From Escherichia phage vB_EcoP-101114BS3: DNA of 64,000 nt. The stretch lies in the sequence record MZ234015.1, one strand, 5' to 3'. The notes below the pieces were generated by a model. That model made no database searches. It saw only the letters and a program-made list of their open reading frames with translations, and was not told where the DNA came from. The translations under genes and the position numbers were made by a program. The first letter of the stretch is position 1. Each line of letters opens with the position of its first letter. Shown one piece after another: positions 19,146 to 28,898 of the stretch.

Positions 19146-19202
19146 TTTACAACCTCTAGTTAAATTCGAACTAGCCTCCTCTTTCGAAGAGGCTAAAGCA
19201 AA

Positions 19203-19388
19203 TTATTCTACTTCGAAGTGTTTGATCACACCAGTCAGTACATCAGATTGGAATGTACCCACTAGCTCTGTACCTCGGAAAAAGTTAACACTTGTTCCAA
19301 GTGATTCAAAGCGATCTGCTTGAATGTCCAGAGATTGAATATTTCCTTCTGCTGACATTGTACGAAACATGATTGTGTATTTATTCAC
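19203..19388 (-). CDS. hypothetical protein
   Basis: 61-aa ORF. Confidence 0.35.
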   Translation of the reverse strand: MNKYTIMFRTMSAEGNIQSLDIQADRFESLGTSVNFFRGTELVGTFQSDVLTGVIKHFEVE

Positions 19389-19627
19389 AGACTCGTTACT
19401 CCCTTATCTGCTTGTGCAATTGCGATGATACGCTCAGCACATTCCATTGAATACTTATCACCTCGTTTGAGGAAGGTGATGATTGCAGAGAACTGATTAC
19501 CAATCATTCTCTTATTTGTGATACCAAACTCTTCACAGAGTTGGTTGATAGCTTTACGAGAGCCTACAATCAGAGGCTCTTTTTCTTCGGTCATTCCACG
19601 GCTGATCAAATCTTCGATAGACAACAT
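19385..19627 (-). CDS. hypothetical protein
   Basis: 80-aa ORF. Confidence 0.45.
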   Translation of the reverse strand: MLSIEDLISRGMTEEKEPLIVGSRKAINQLCEEFGITNKRMIGNQFSAIITFLKRGDKYSMECAERIIAIAQADKGVTSL

Positions 19628-19653
19628 TACAAATTCCTTTTTGTTTAATTTAA

Positions 19654-20889
19654 TTACAGAGTTACTGCTACTTCGCTACCTTCAACATTGACAGACTCTA
19701 ACTTGCGAGGGTTATGAATCTGGACTGGATTGACCGGAACGTTCCAACCACTGCGGTAGAAGTTACGACCATCACAGAACAAAATGACATTGGCAGACAT
19801 TGCATTCGGTTGAAGGTTGTTGTGGACGTGACGGATATCTGCAATCCAGTAACCACGAGACAAAGTGTAACCAGTAGGTGCATTACGAATAGTTTGAGTA
19901 TTCATCTGACCTTCTAGCTGCATTTCTTCAGGAACTACATCTACCGAATCAACCGGCTGTGCTACTTGTCCTTCCAGTGCAAAGTTTTCATCATCAGCAC
20001 TTTCAATATCATCCACTAACTCACCGTCTCCATCTTCAATCGGAGTCTGGTAAACCACTTTATACTGAGGAGTATAGAGAGGGTTCTGAGCTTTAACAAA
20101 CTCAAGAATGTTATGACGGTAGGTATCCAGAGTTGTACCAGTCAGGCCCGGTGCTGTATTAACTTCCAGTACCCACGCTTCTTGACCTTTGGTGATAATA
20201 TCAACTGCACCGAAATCCAGACCCATTGATTCAACAGCTTTCACTGCATTGATCAGAGAGGCGTCATTCGGAGCATCTGTGAAGGAGCTTGAGTAAACCC
20301 AGCCAGTGTGGTGATTACGAATATCTTCACGATAGTTAGGGTCTTCGCGATAACCATTGCGACGAATCTTCTTCTGAACATAGGTGATTACACCTTTGAA
20401 CACATGGACACGCCACTCACGACGTGGGCCTTGAATGCCTTTAGTGTACAGTTCAGCTCGACCAAGACCATCACCCGGTTCTACAACAACAATGCCCGAA
20501 CCAGAGTGACCAGTCAGCTCATGGCGCTCATACACAATATTACCAGTGTTTGACCACTCTTGAGCAGTCTCTTGAACATCTGTGTATTCCACAGTTTTAA
20601 CACCTGCTTGGTCCATCACGCTGAAAGCACGACGTTTGTTCGCTGCCATATGTAAGGCTGCGGTACGGTTAAGGACGGTTGCAGAACCAAAGAATGATTC
20701 AGGATAGCGACGGTTCCCGTAGTTAACAACCACATCACCTTCACGAGAACGCCAGCGGCTATTCTCTGAAAGAAGACCCATCACGTTAGCATTGATGCGT
20801 TCATCACGGATAGTATCACTGATAGCAGATACTAGAGCGTTAACAGAATCAGACGGGCCATACGGAAGAACACGGATACGAGTAGTCAT
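19654..20889 (-). CDS. ATP-grasp family ligase
   Basis: ATP-grasp C-terminal signature WVLEVNTAPGL; 411 aa. Confidence 0.7.
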   Translation of the reverse strand: MTTRIRVLPYGPSDSVNALVSAISDTIRDERINANVMGLLSENSRWRSREGDVVVNYGNRRYPESFFGSATVLNRTAALHMAANKRRAFSVMDQAGVKTVEYTDVQETAQEWSNTGNIVYERHELTGHSGSGIVVVEPGDGLGRAELYTKGIQGPRREWRVHVFKGVITYVQKKIRRNGYREDPNYREDIRNHHTGWVYSSSFTDAPNDASLINAVKAVESMGLDFGAVDIITKGQEAWVLEVNTAPGLTGTTLDTYRHNILEFVKAQNPLYTPQYKVVYQTPIEDGDGELVDDIESADDENFALEGQVAQPVDSVDVVPEEMQLEGQMNTQTIRNAPTGYTLSRGYWIADIRHVHNNLQPNAMSANVILFCDGRNFYRSGWNVPVNPVQIHNPRKLESVNVEGSEVAVTL

Positions 20890-20891
20890 TT

Positions 20892-21122
20892 TTAGATACC
20901 TTTTAGTTTAAGAATTTCGTTACGACAGGATTGAATTTTAGCTTCGATTGCCCAATACTCAGCGAACATTTCGTCTTCTTGGGCATCGCTTGGAGAGTCG
21001 ATTAAGTTAAAAGCAAACGGATACAGCTTTCGCTGCTCCGTTACCAGTTGTTGAAGTCGGAGTTGTTGATACTCCAGCATTGTCAGGTGAGGCTTAGCTC
21101 CCTTGCTTGACATGAGGCTCAA
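20892..21122 (-). CDS. hypothetical protein
   Basis: 76-aa ORF between ATP-grasp and GATase genes. Confidence 0.4.
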   Translation of the reverse strand: MSLMSSKGAKPHLTMLEYQQLRLQQLVTEQRKLYPFAFNLIDSPSDAQEDEMFAEYWAIEAKIQSCRNEILKLKGI

Positions 21123-21327
21123 CTTTAATCCCCTTCATTTTAACATAGTCAGCCAACACGTTATTGATAACGGTTGGAAAAGGGATTTCTACTGGAGAGT
21201 CAACCAGCTTCCCAATACCTTCTTGCATCCACTTCTGGATTGCTCGGAGGTTATCACATCCTGTGCTTGTCATCGGAATACGGCGGGTAGTTACCACGTT
21301 ATCCAACATCAGTTTACGAACTTCCAT
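21094..21327 (-). CDS. hypothetical protein
   Basis: 77-aa ORF. Confidence 0.4.
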   Translation of the reverse strand: MEVRKLMLDNVVTTRRIPMTSTGCDNLRAIQKWMQEGIGKLVDSPVEIPFPTVINNVLADYVKMKGIKVEPHVKQGS

Positions 21328-21338
21328 AACTATACCTC

Positions 21339-23372
21339 TTAGTGTTTACCTTTACAGTAATCTGAATTACAGATCACCCTGTTTTCTTTGTTCAGTGAGC
21401 AAGTTTCTGCATCACGCCACGGAATTTGTTTATAACAGACTGCACAAAACCCAATTGAAGTCCAGAGGGCTTTTGTAAACTCAGCTGTTCGTTGTCCATC
21501 GTAACTGACAACTGTTTTTCGGAGAGAGGTTGACTTTTCTGGAAATGTCTCCGCTTTCTCAGCGGGTACCTCCTTTGGGGCATTCTTTGGACCATAAACA
21601 GAGATGGCATAAGTATCACCACCACGTTTTTCCAAATACGAATTAGGAACATCTGCAAGTGTGATGTCCCCTGAACGTTTTGCTGAGCTGACCATTACAA
21701 TCATACGGCTAAGCATACGTTCATCAACACGAACAGCTACTTCAGGACGACGTGGGTTGGTTGTGTCTACTGCTTTAGTCCAAATATAACCTTCAGATAG
21801 AGTAACATTCTTTACTTTATCTTTGATTTCTTTGGAGCAGATATAACAAACGTCTTCACCACGAAGTTTACTCATTTCGTTGTCAAACTCGAAATCAGTC
21901 TTGACTTCACCACAGATAGCACATACACCCAAAGGCACATCTTCTTCCTCTTCAGAGGTTTTAGATAACGCTTCGAAGCATTCTGGATGCCAGTATGCCT
22001 GATAAGCAAACACAGCCTTACGAGCATCTTTCCAGTCAATGTGCTTATCACAACCACCACAGTCACCATGAGAGTGAGATTCCCAGAACTTACGAGTGAC
22101 TTCTACACCATTCTTAGTGATGAAGGAGTCCTCTGCATCAAAAGGGATATCATCATCAAAATCAGCAGTAGTGCTTTGAGGCTCCTTATCTGTAGCATCA
22201 ACAAACAGCCCTGAAGTTAGTACGAGGCGAATCATACTGTCCACTTCGGAGATACAAGCAATCGTCCCGCGATATACTACCTTTGGGTTTTCAAGAGCCT
22301 TAAGATATTCATCTTTGGCTACGTTGTGAACATCCCCTTCGACATACTCTTGAGCTTTATCATCGTAGATGTAACCAACCATCTTACCACGATCTGTGTT
22401 GTTATAAGCATGGAACTCGTGAGGAATAATATCCACACGACCATCACGACGATAAGGAAGACCGCGATCGGCAGCCAGTTTGTTCTGGTCTTCAATCGCT
22501 TTACGACGACGAATGTCTCCGCTTGTCACGCCGGGCTTGTCGTCTTTGTTTCCGTAAATGTCGCTTGTGCTGCTGCTTGATTTGTTTGTCTGTTGGTTCT
22601 GATAAAGAGAGGAGTTCGAGTAATAGCCGCCCCAGCGACTCGTTACCGTAAAAACCGGAAGCGTGTGCTCCACCTCTTGAACCAGAGTCATACGACTGTT
22701 AGACACATCAAAGATATACTCAGTTCCCACTTTACATTCGAAGTGGTCATTGATATGGTTCTTATGGGACTTAGAACGCTCTAAAATCCACATAAGCATA
22801 GCTTCTTCAGAAGCTCCAAACCAATCCAAACCACAGCGGGCTAGGTGGAAAGGACGCTCATCATTACGGATAATGTGAAGTGTGTTGTCTTTAGCATCAT
22901 GCCAAATCAAAGTGAATGCACCATCCAGTTTTTGGATAGTCTCTGCTGCTCCAATGGTGTTAATTGAGTGGCAGATGTTTTCACTATCAACTTCGAAACG
23001 CTTACTGTCAGGAAGGAGATCTTGATCTAACAGGGTTCCATTATGAACCAGAGTAATATCCCCGTGAGTAAATGGGTGAGCATTTCGAGCATTGACAGCC
23101 CCACGAGTGGCATGTCGGCTGTGACCAACAATCCACGAAGGAGGAACTACGTAGTTCGTAAGCCCTTTGGTAATATTTGTATATTCTGTCTGGAGCATAA
23201 AAGCATAAGAAGGAAGAGCTTCTTTATAAGAGAAGACTTGCTTTTCACCTTTACGCTGACCAAACACACCAGTTGAGTGCTGTCCACGGAAAACACCAGC
23301 ATACAGAAGTTGGTTGAAAATGTCCAAATCTGCTGAGGTCATGTTGCCGCCAGCTAATACGATACCACAAAT
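21339..23372 (-). CDS. class II (Ntn) glutamine amidotransferase domain fused to Cys-rich zinc-ribbon region; predicted AUU start
   Basis: In-frame CGIVLAGGN...RGQHSTGV...LVHNGTL upstream of first ATG matches MCGIV...RGQD..G of class II GATases; only non-stop codon before Cys is ATT at 23370..23372; AGGTGG 8 nt upstream; C-terminal CxxC pairs. Confidence 0.65.
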   Translation of the reverse strand: MCGIVLAGGNMTSADLDIFNQLLYAGVFRGQHSTGVFGQRKGEKQVFSYKEALPSYAFMLQTEYTNITKGLTNYVVPPSWIVGHSRHATRGAVNARNAHPFTHGDITLVHNGTLLDQDLLPDSKRFEVDSENICHSINTIGAAETIQKLDGAFTLIWHDAKDNTLHIIRNDERPFHLARCGLDWFGASEEAMLMWILERSKSHKNHINDHFECKVGTEYIFDVSNSRMTLVQEVEHTLPVFTVTSRWGGYYSNSSLYQNQQTNKSSSSTSDIYGNKDDKPGVTSGDIRRRKAIEDQNKLAADRGLPYRRDGRVDIIPHEFHAYNNTDRGKMVGYIYDDKAQEYVEGDVHNVAKDEYLKALENPKVVYRGTIACISEVDSMIRLVLTSGLFVDATDKEPQSTTADFDDDIPFDAEDSFITKNGVEVTRKFWESHSHGDCGGCDKHIDWKDARKAVFAYQAYWHPECFEALSKTSEEEEDVPLGVCAICGEVKTDFEFDNEMSKLRGEDVCYICSKEIKDKVKNVTLSEGYIWTKAVDTTNPRRPEVAVRVDERMLSRMIVMVSSAKRSGDITLADVPNSYLEKRGGDTYAISVYGPKNAPKEVPAEKAETFPEKSTSLRKTVVSYDGQRTAEFTKALWTSIGFCAVCYKQIPWRDAETCSLNKENRVICNSDYCKGKH

Positions 23373-23449
23373 TTTCTAATCCACCTGAAGGGTAAACCCT
23401 TTCATCTAATTAACCTTTAAATGCGCCCTGTATAAGAGCGCCCGTTGTG

Positions 23450-24550
23450 TTACAGCAGTCGTTCTAATTGCATTTCCAGATGGTCTGGAATATAACCAGT
23501 GACGTTATCATCACTGCTACCTGATTCACGCATCAATGCAAACATGTGACGAATTTCACGAACCGTTGCGATTCGAGTGCTTTCAATCTGAGGGGTGTAG
23601 TAGGTCATGATCTCTTCGTAGACACTGTTGGCATTACCGCGCACATATCCCAAGAAACCATAGAAGTCATTCATATCACGTAAGTTGATAAGGACTTCAC
23701 CATCAGGGCCAGTCTGTTGCACACGAACACGACCAACCAAAGTTACAGATTGCTCACGACAGAAGAGAATATCACGAGCAAGACGATACCCTTCAGTGAG
23801 ATCACTGTCTCTTGGAGTATAGTCTAGGGGTAGATGTTGAATCATAGGAGCGAAGCGCAGCTCATTCAACTTCTCAACATAAGCTTCATTGTCTAAATCT
23901 GCATATTCAACAGCCAGTTTCTTGAGAACCAAGAAGCGGTTGACCAGATTCAGAAGTTGGCTCTTTTTCCACTTCGGCTCTGAGATACGGAACTCAACAG
24001 AACCAAATTGAGATAGAGGCAAAAGATTAAGGGAGGTGTATTTATCCCAGCTATTAACAAGAGAGTGGAAGAAAGCTTCCCCGTCTCGGTTGAACGCTGA
24101 CGAAGCATTCATAACTTGTGCTTGAACGACAGCAAAAGCTGGACAGAAGTTGCTACGATAGCGATGGTATCCAGAACATTTGAACATCATCTTTTCATAG
24201 AACGTCCATCCAAGAATAACTTTCTTAAGGATATTACTATCAGCGTCACGCATATCCATATGAACGTGAGTGGAGCAGCGCCAAGTTCCCTCGGCTCCAG
24301 AATCCTGTACTGCTTCACTCAGATTGTTAATAGCACGAAGTAATTCTTCACCGTTGTAAGGTCGTGCACATACTAATTCACAACCATCACGAAGAGAGCC
24401 ATCTTCAGTACAAACCCACATATCAGCGTCAATGTCAGTTGTACCTTCGACTTCTAACTCAATACCAACACCACACTGAAAAGCAATACTTGGATGCGGT
24501 TCAGATAAGCGAGGGTTACGGTATCCAAAAACTTGTGCTACGGTTGTCAT
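23450..24550 (-). CDS. amidoligase-like enzyme (carboxylate-amine ligase, glutamine-synthetase-like fold)
   Basis: GVGIELEVEG and STHVHMD motifs as recalled for Amidoligase_2-type enzymes. Confidence 0.6.
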   Translation of the reverse strand: MTTVAQVFGYRNPRLSEPHPSIAFQCGVGIELEVEGTTDIDADMWVCTEDGSLRDGCELVCARPYNGEELLRAINNLSEAVQDSGAEGTWRCSTHVHMDMRDADSNILKKVILGWTFYEKMMFKCSGYHRYRSNFCPAFAVVQAQVMNASSAFNRDGEAFFHSLVNSWDKYTSLNLLPLSQFGSVEFRISEPKWKKSQLLNLVNRFLVLKKLAVEYADLDNEAYVEKLNELRFAPMIQHLPLDYTPRDSDLTEGYRLARDILFCREQSVTLVGRVRVQQTGPDGEVLINLRDMNDFYGFLGYVRGNANSVYEEIMTYYTPQIESTRIATVREIRHMFALMRESGSSDDNVTGYIPDHLEMQLERLL

Positions 24551-25173
24551 AATGATTCCACCAACTCTACATTATATGATGACAGGTCTGAAGAAATATG
24601 CTTGAACTTCTCCAGAAGGTTTAAAGATTGACGACCATTGTCGCCATAACCAGCTTCAAGAAGCACGTTTCCAACGTAAGCCCCTTTGTAATAAACTTTT
24701 CCATCGACAGGATTGATATAGATGAAACGAGTAACCAACCCTTCAAACTCTGGATTAAACAGGTTATACACCAAATCACCCGGAATCGAACGTCCGAGAG
24801 AAGGTGGAGTACCACGAAGTTTATTCCCCATCAAGCCTTTAGCTCGCTGACGAACAGGGTTGATATGGGTCCAGCTCACCACGTTATTACCATGCTGAAG
24901 GTATCCTACATCTGGAGACTCCAGAATGAGGCTGTGATCAAACACTGGGATATTACTAACAATCTGACGTTCAAACTGACCTTCGGAGTTTTTAGTCCAG
25001 CGTTCCGCCTCAAACACTAAAGACATTTCAGCGTCGTGTGAGTAGTCGTCGATATCAAAGTTACCTTGCTGACGAACATCAAGCACATATAGAGGGAGGT
25101 TTTTACCATCAGGTGATCGCTGAGCAATCCATGTTCCACAATAATAGTGTTGAAAATCTCTTAACAAGCTCAC
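24547..25173 (-). CDS. hypothetical protein in ligase cassette
   Basis: 208-aa ORF, 4-nt overlap with amidoligase gene. Confidence 0.5.
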   Translation of the reverse strand: MSLLRDFQHYYCGTWIAQRSPDGKNLPLYVLDVRQQGNFDIDDYSHDAEMSLVFEAERWTKNSEGQFERQIVSNIPVFDHSLILESPDVGYLQHGNNVVSWTHINPVRQRAKGLMGNKLRGTPPSLGRSIPGDLVYNLFNPEFEGLVTRFIYINPVDGKVYYKGAYVGNVLLEAGYGDNGRQSLNLLEKFKHISSDLSSYNVELVESL

Positions 25174-25182
25174 AATATCACC

Positions 25183-25989
25183 TTATACAATCTGGAGTTT
25201 AGAGGAGAATTTATCTGCTTCTTTAACATCGTTACTGTTGATGATGTTGTGAAGCTTTTCAATTGGAAGGCGAGAGTGAAGTGACATCAATACTTCCATA
25301 TCACAGCCTTGAACAACCTTATCAACTTGCTCATAAACAAACTTGCGGGTTGACTTCTCGCCAATCCAGAAGTTAGAAAGAGAACGATATTCAATACCGT
25401 AATCCTTGTAACGAATGGCAGAAGCCTTTCCGTATAACTCTTTACGACGAGTGTCTTTATCCATGATTACAGCTGGCAAGGACAGGAAATAATCACACAA
25501 CACACCCAACATCATTTGAGTTTGTCGAGTAATCTCTAAAGTCCCGGAGACACCAAGGTGCACATGACCCCCAGCAGTACGCAAACCCTTATTAGTTGCG
25601 ACCGGTGAAGGGTTCTTTTGTCCAGTGAAGGCATTGAAATCAGGAGTACAACCAAATACAAAGGCTGACGGATGGAAAGATTCAAGCTCTTCTGAAGTGA
25701 ACACATGAGAGCTAATCCCAAGTGCTGCCTCCATGCCACGTTCATTGAGAACTTTGTTAGTCAGATCAATACCACGCTGAATGTTATCATCAAACGCTTC
25801 AAACCCTTCCTGTGGGTTAATATCAAACTCGGCCAGAACGTTGTCTTCTTGAAGACGAACATCAGGAGCCAGATCAATTTTATTGTCTTTAGAACAGCCC
25901 AGCTTACCAGCCACAGAGGTGATAATACCGGAAGCAGTACGAACAAACATTTCAGGGTCAGAGCCAATAAGGAAAGCGCGCTTAGTCAT
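25183..25989 (-). CDS. second amidoligase-like (COOH-NH2 ligase-like) protein
   Basis: GSDPEMF and GGHVHLG motifs parallel those in 23450..24550; start moved to MTKRAF. Confidence 0.45.
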   Translation of the reverse strand: MTKRAFLIGSDPEMFVRTASGIITSVAGKLGCSKDNKIDLAPDVRLQEDNVLAEFDINPQEGFEAFDDNIQRGIDLTNKVLNERGMEAALGISSHVFTSEELESFHPSAFVFGCTPDFNAFTGQKNPSPVATNKGLRTAGGHVHLGVSGTLEITRQTQMMLGVLCDYFLSLPAVIMDKDTRRKELYGKASAIRYKDYGIEYRSLSNFWIGEKSTRKFVYEQVDKVVQGCDMEVLMSLHSRLPIEKLHNIINSNDVKEADKFSSKLQIV

Positions 25990-26932
25990 TGTAATACTCC
26001 ACGAGTTCATCAAAAAGGGAAACAACACGAGCACCAGCTTCTTCTGGTGTCATTGAGGAAGGTACTGCTTGCATCAGACGTTCGATAAAACTTTGAACAG
26101 TAATTCTGTCCATACGCTGATCTAATACTTCTCGCTTGTGACCTGCACAAGTTGACCAGAGACGTAACCACTCACTCATACTCTCATAATGGTCAGGGTC
26201 TTGGTCACGACGACGTGCCATACGACGGAGAACTCCATCATTATGGTTTCGTACATAACCATCTCGGTTGTCATCAACACCGAATACATTCTGAACCCAT
26301 ACGTTTTCAGAAAATTCATCAGTGGTGCAAATTAATGGCAGAAATGCAATTGCACTCATGTCGCCATCAAAATAAGTCGCTGCTGACTCATCGGTTGAGT
26401 CTACGTCATTACTATAACACCAGCGACCAAAGAAGTTACGACTTAAACCAGCTAAGCGTAGAGCTAAACCGATTCGTTGTCGCTTAAGCAACTCTTCCTT
26501 GTCTTGTACGCCTTCCTGAAGGAACTCCATTCCATTAAAATCACCATCCAAATAGCTACGGATGGTCATTAGTCCAGTAAACACCTTGTCTGCTGGATGG
26601 TTTCGAAGGTTCACGGCAATAGAGTTCACCGAAGTGACAGAGAACATATCTTTATAGCAAGACATTGAGTTAAAAATGTCTGTTGCTTCAACTAAAGCTC
26701 TTTCGATATCTTTAGCTGGTACGCCATAAAAATTGTGAGGCCAGAAGTTAATAACTTCAATTTCTGAAGTTCTGTCACGAAGGCTTGTTCGGTTACGACT
26801 TTCACCGTTAATGTCTGTAACAGAATACATGTGCATACAGTTAAAAGTACCAAAGCAAGCTCTTCCTTTGAACACTGACTCACCGAAATCCTCTGCCGGT
26901 GTTACCGGAGCAATCGATGCGGAGATTGACAT
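25982..26932 (-). CDS. hypothetical protein in ligase cassette
   Basis: 316-aa ORF, no motif recognised. Confidence 0.55.
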   Translation of the reverse strand: MSISASIAPVTPAEDFGESVFKGRACFGTFNCMHMYSVTDINGESRNRTSLRDRTSEIEVINFWPHNFYGVPAKDIERALVEATDIFNSMSCYKDMFSVTSVNSIAVNLRNHPADKVFTGLMTIRSYLDGDFNGMEFLQEGVQDKEELLKRQRIGLALRLAGLSRNFFGRWCYSNDVDSTDESAATYFDGDMSAIAFLPLICTTDEFSENVWVQNVFGVDDNRDGYVRNHNDGVLRRMARRRDQDPDHYESMSEWLRLWSTCAGHKREVLDQRMDRITVQSFIERLMQAVPSSMTPEEAGARVVSLFDELVEYYND

Positions 26933-26940
26933 ATTCGCCT

Positions 26941-28158
26941 CTATTTATTAAAGAATAATTTTTCCATAATGGTTTCCCACTCTTCTGAGGGGAGGGTTGA
27001 GAACCCGTTTCCGTGAAGCCTGTTTGTCATGCAACTAATAATATTGTACATGTTGTAGCTTCGGGTGGATTCTGTTCCATTGTTCCAGTTATAACCGAAA
27101 ACAATTTTATCGAAGGAGGTTTTATCCGTAGTTACTTCTCGGATGAACTCAACCAAGAGCGATTTCTCTGTGATGACCGCACGTTCACCATCTGGCAGAT
27201 TACAATACTGAGGAAGAAGAATTGGTAAGAACATCGAATTGTTCACTCGACAATCACGAACATCTTCACTGCGATAGATTAGGCTTGAGAAGTCTTCATC
27301 ACGCAGGTGTCCTTCACCTTCAGTGTATTCACACTGTCGCCATTTGGTCTGACGAGGTTCAATCATTGTACTACCAACGCCTACTGTATACAGAGACGCT
27401 TGGAAGATACACGAGTCGTAATCATTCCCTGTTAAAGCAACTTGCTCATTGCCGAACACATCCACTGAAGAGTTAATCAGTCGGCTGAATGCAAGAGAGG
27501 CTAGTGGAGACCAACCTTTCTTATACATCTTGTTCAGCATTTCATACACAGCAGATTTTTCATCATCTGTATAGAATGTACGATTCAGCATCAGATAGAA
27601 CAGAGCGCGATCAGCAGGACAACCATCAGTACAAACACCCATGAATCCTACTTCATGCCATACCAGACATGAGTCAGAATCTTTATCCATGAATGCTTCA
27701 AAGGCTTCCATTACAGCCCTGTCAGTAACATCAGGACGGTTGTTTTCTTCTGCCCATGTTTCTACATGAGAAGGAGGACGAGGGTCTCCATTCTCCACCC
27801 CTTCGCGGAAATATTGAGTGGTAATAGGCTTTTTATCACCATAACGTTTTACACCATAAGCGGGAAGGTGTGTACCAGAGTTCCAGATGTACTTAATTTC
27901 GGACATAGGCATCATGTTTTCGAGAACGTTCTCTTCAGCAGTGCCTTGACGAACCATCATATTTTCACTCCACACCTTAATGCGGATATTCCAGCCGTAG
28001 TTGCTGTCATACGTGTTATAATAATCAGGATCACCATCTTCATCTTCATCATAATCACCACCCTGATAGTAACCTGCTTTCAGGAAACCATAACAAGGAG
28101 GCCAGACGGTTACAACATCATCTGATTCTTTCCAGCTTTGAAGTGTTACAGGGAACAT
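26941..28158 (-). CDS. hypothetical protein in ligase cassette
   Basis: 405-aa ORF, acidic N-terminal region, no motif recognised. Confidence 0.55.
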   Translation of the reverse strand: MFPVTLQSWKESDDVVTVWPPCYGFLKAGYYQGGDYDEDEDGDPDYYNTYDSNYGWNIRIKVWSENMMVRQGTAEENVLENMMPMSEIKYIWNSGTHLPAYGVKRYGDKKPITTQYFREGVENGDPRPPSHVETWAEENNRPDVTDRAVMEAFEAFMDKDSDSCLVWHEVGFMGVCTDGCPADRALFYLMLNRTFYTDDEKSAVYEMLNKMYKKGWSPLASLAFSRLINSSVDVFGNEQVALTGNDYDSCIFQASLYTVGVGSTMIEPRQTKWRQCEYTEGEGHLRDEDFSSLIYRSEDVRDCRVNNSMFLPILLPQYCNLPDGERAVITEKSLLVEFIREVTTDKTSFDKIVFGYNWNNGTESTRSYNMYNIISCMTNRLHGNGFSTLPSEEWETIMEKLFFNK

Positions 28159-28169
28159 CTTTTACCTCT

Positions 28170-28532
28170 TTACTCTGCTACCAAAAGGCTCAGAGATTTG
28201 CGAATGTAGTCAATACTACGGAAGTTTCGATAGTTCTCTTGGAAGCGCATTTTTTCAAACTCTGCTTCCTGAAGCTCTACCTCTGCTGCTTTATATCCTG
28301 ATAAAGCTAAACTTACCACATCCTGAGGTAAGGTATTACGACGGCGAATAAGATATTTATTCGCTTTTAGTTTACCTTGTGCACGAGCCATTTTGGCCTT
28401 TGCCGCCTTGATACCATGAGAAATCCAAAGCAGTTGCTGTTTCAGATCTTCCTCATCCATACCACCTAAATCATTTGCTACTTTATGCAGCGTAGACAGG
28501 TTCACATGGCCTTTAATGGGGCGTAGGTTCAT
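28170..28532 (-). CDS. hypothetical protein
   Basis: 120-aa ORF. Confidence 0.5.
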   Translation of the reverse strand: MNLRPIKGHVNLSTLHKVANDLGGMDEEDLKQQLLWISHGIKAAKAKMARAQGKLKANKYLIRRRNTLPQDVVSLALSGYKAAEVELQEAEFEKMRFQENYRNFRSIDYIRKSLSLLVAE

Positions 28533-28696
28533 AACTTCTCCTGTTTGTCACATTGATTGGTTAGCCAGTTGTAAGACCCACTGTTGTTCTTGCTTAACTC
28601 GCAAGATGCAAAAGAGTACATCCTGACAAACCCCACAGTGGCTAAGCAAATAAAGATTGCTGCCAATAAGAATTTAGCTTTCAACTTATTATCCAT
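28529..28696 (-). CDS. small membrane/secreted protein (55 aa)
   Basis: Below ORF-track cutoff; hydrophobic KFLLAAIFICLATVGF; stop overlaps next ATG. Confidence 0.3.
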   Translation of the reverse strand: MDNKLKAKFLLAAIFICLATVGFVRMYSFASCELSKNNSGSYNWLTNQCDKQEKL

Positions 28697-28898
28697 ACAA
28701 CCTCTTCTTTGAGCTTAAAAAAGGACTCTCCTAAGAGAGCCAAGCTTTAAGGCCAATTAAATAGATATCACCCAATATCTGTGGATAACCTGCTCTTAAA
28801 ATATTCTATCCGACGGATGTTCGAGGATTATTCCTCTCCCTAGCATCGGCCCCATACGGGAAAGATTAAATTAAGTTTAGGTTAGTTGAGCCAGAATA

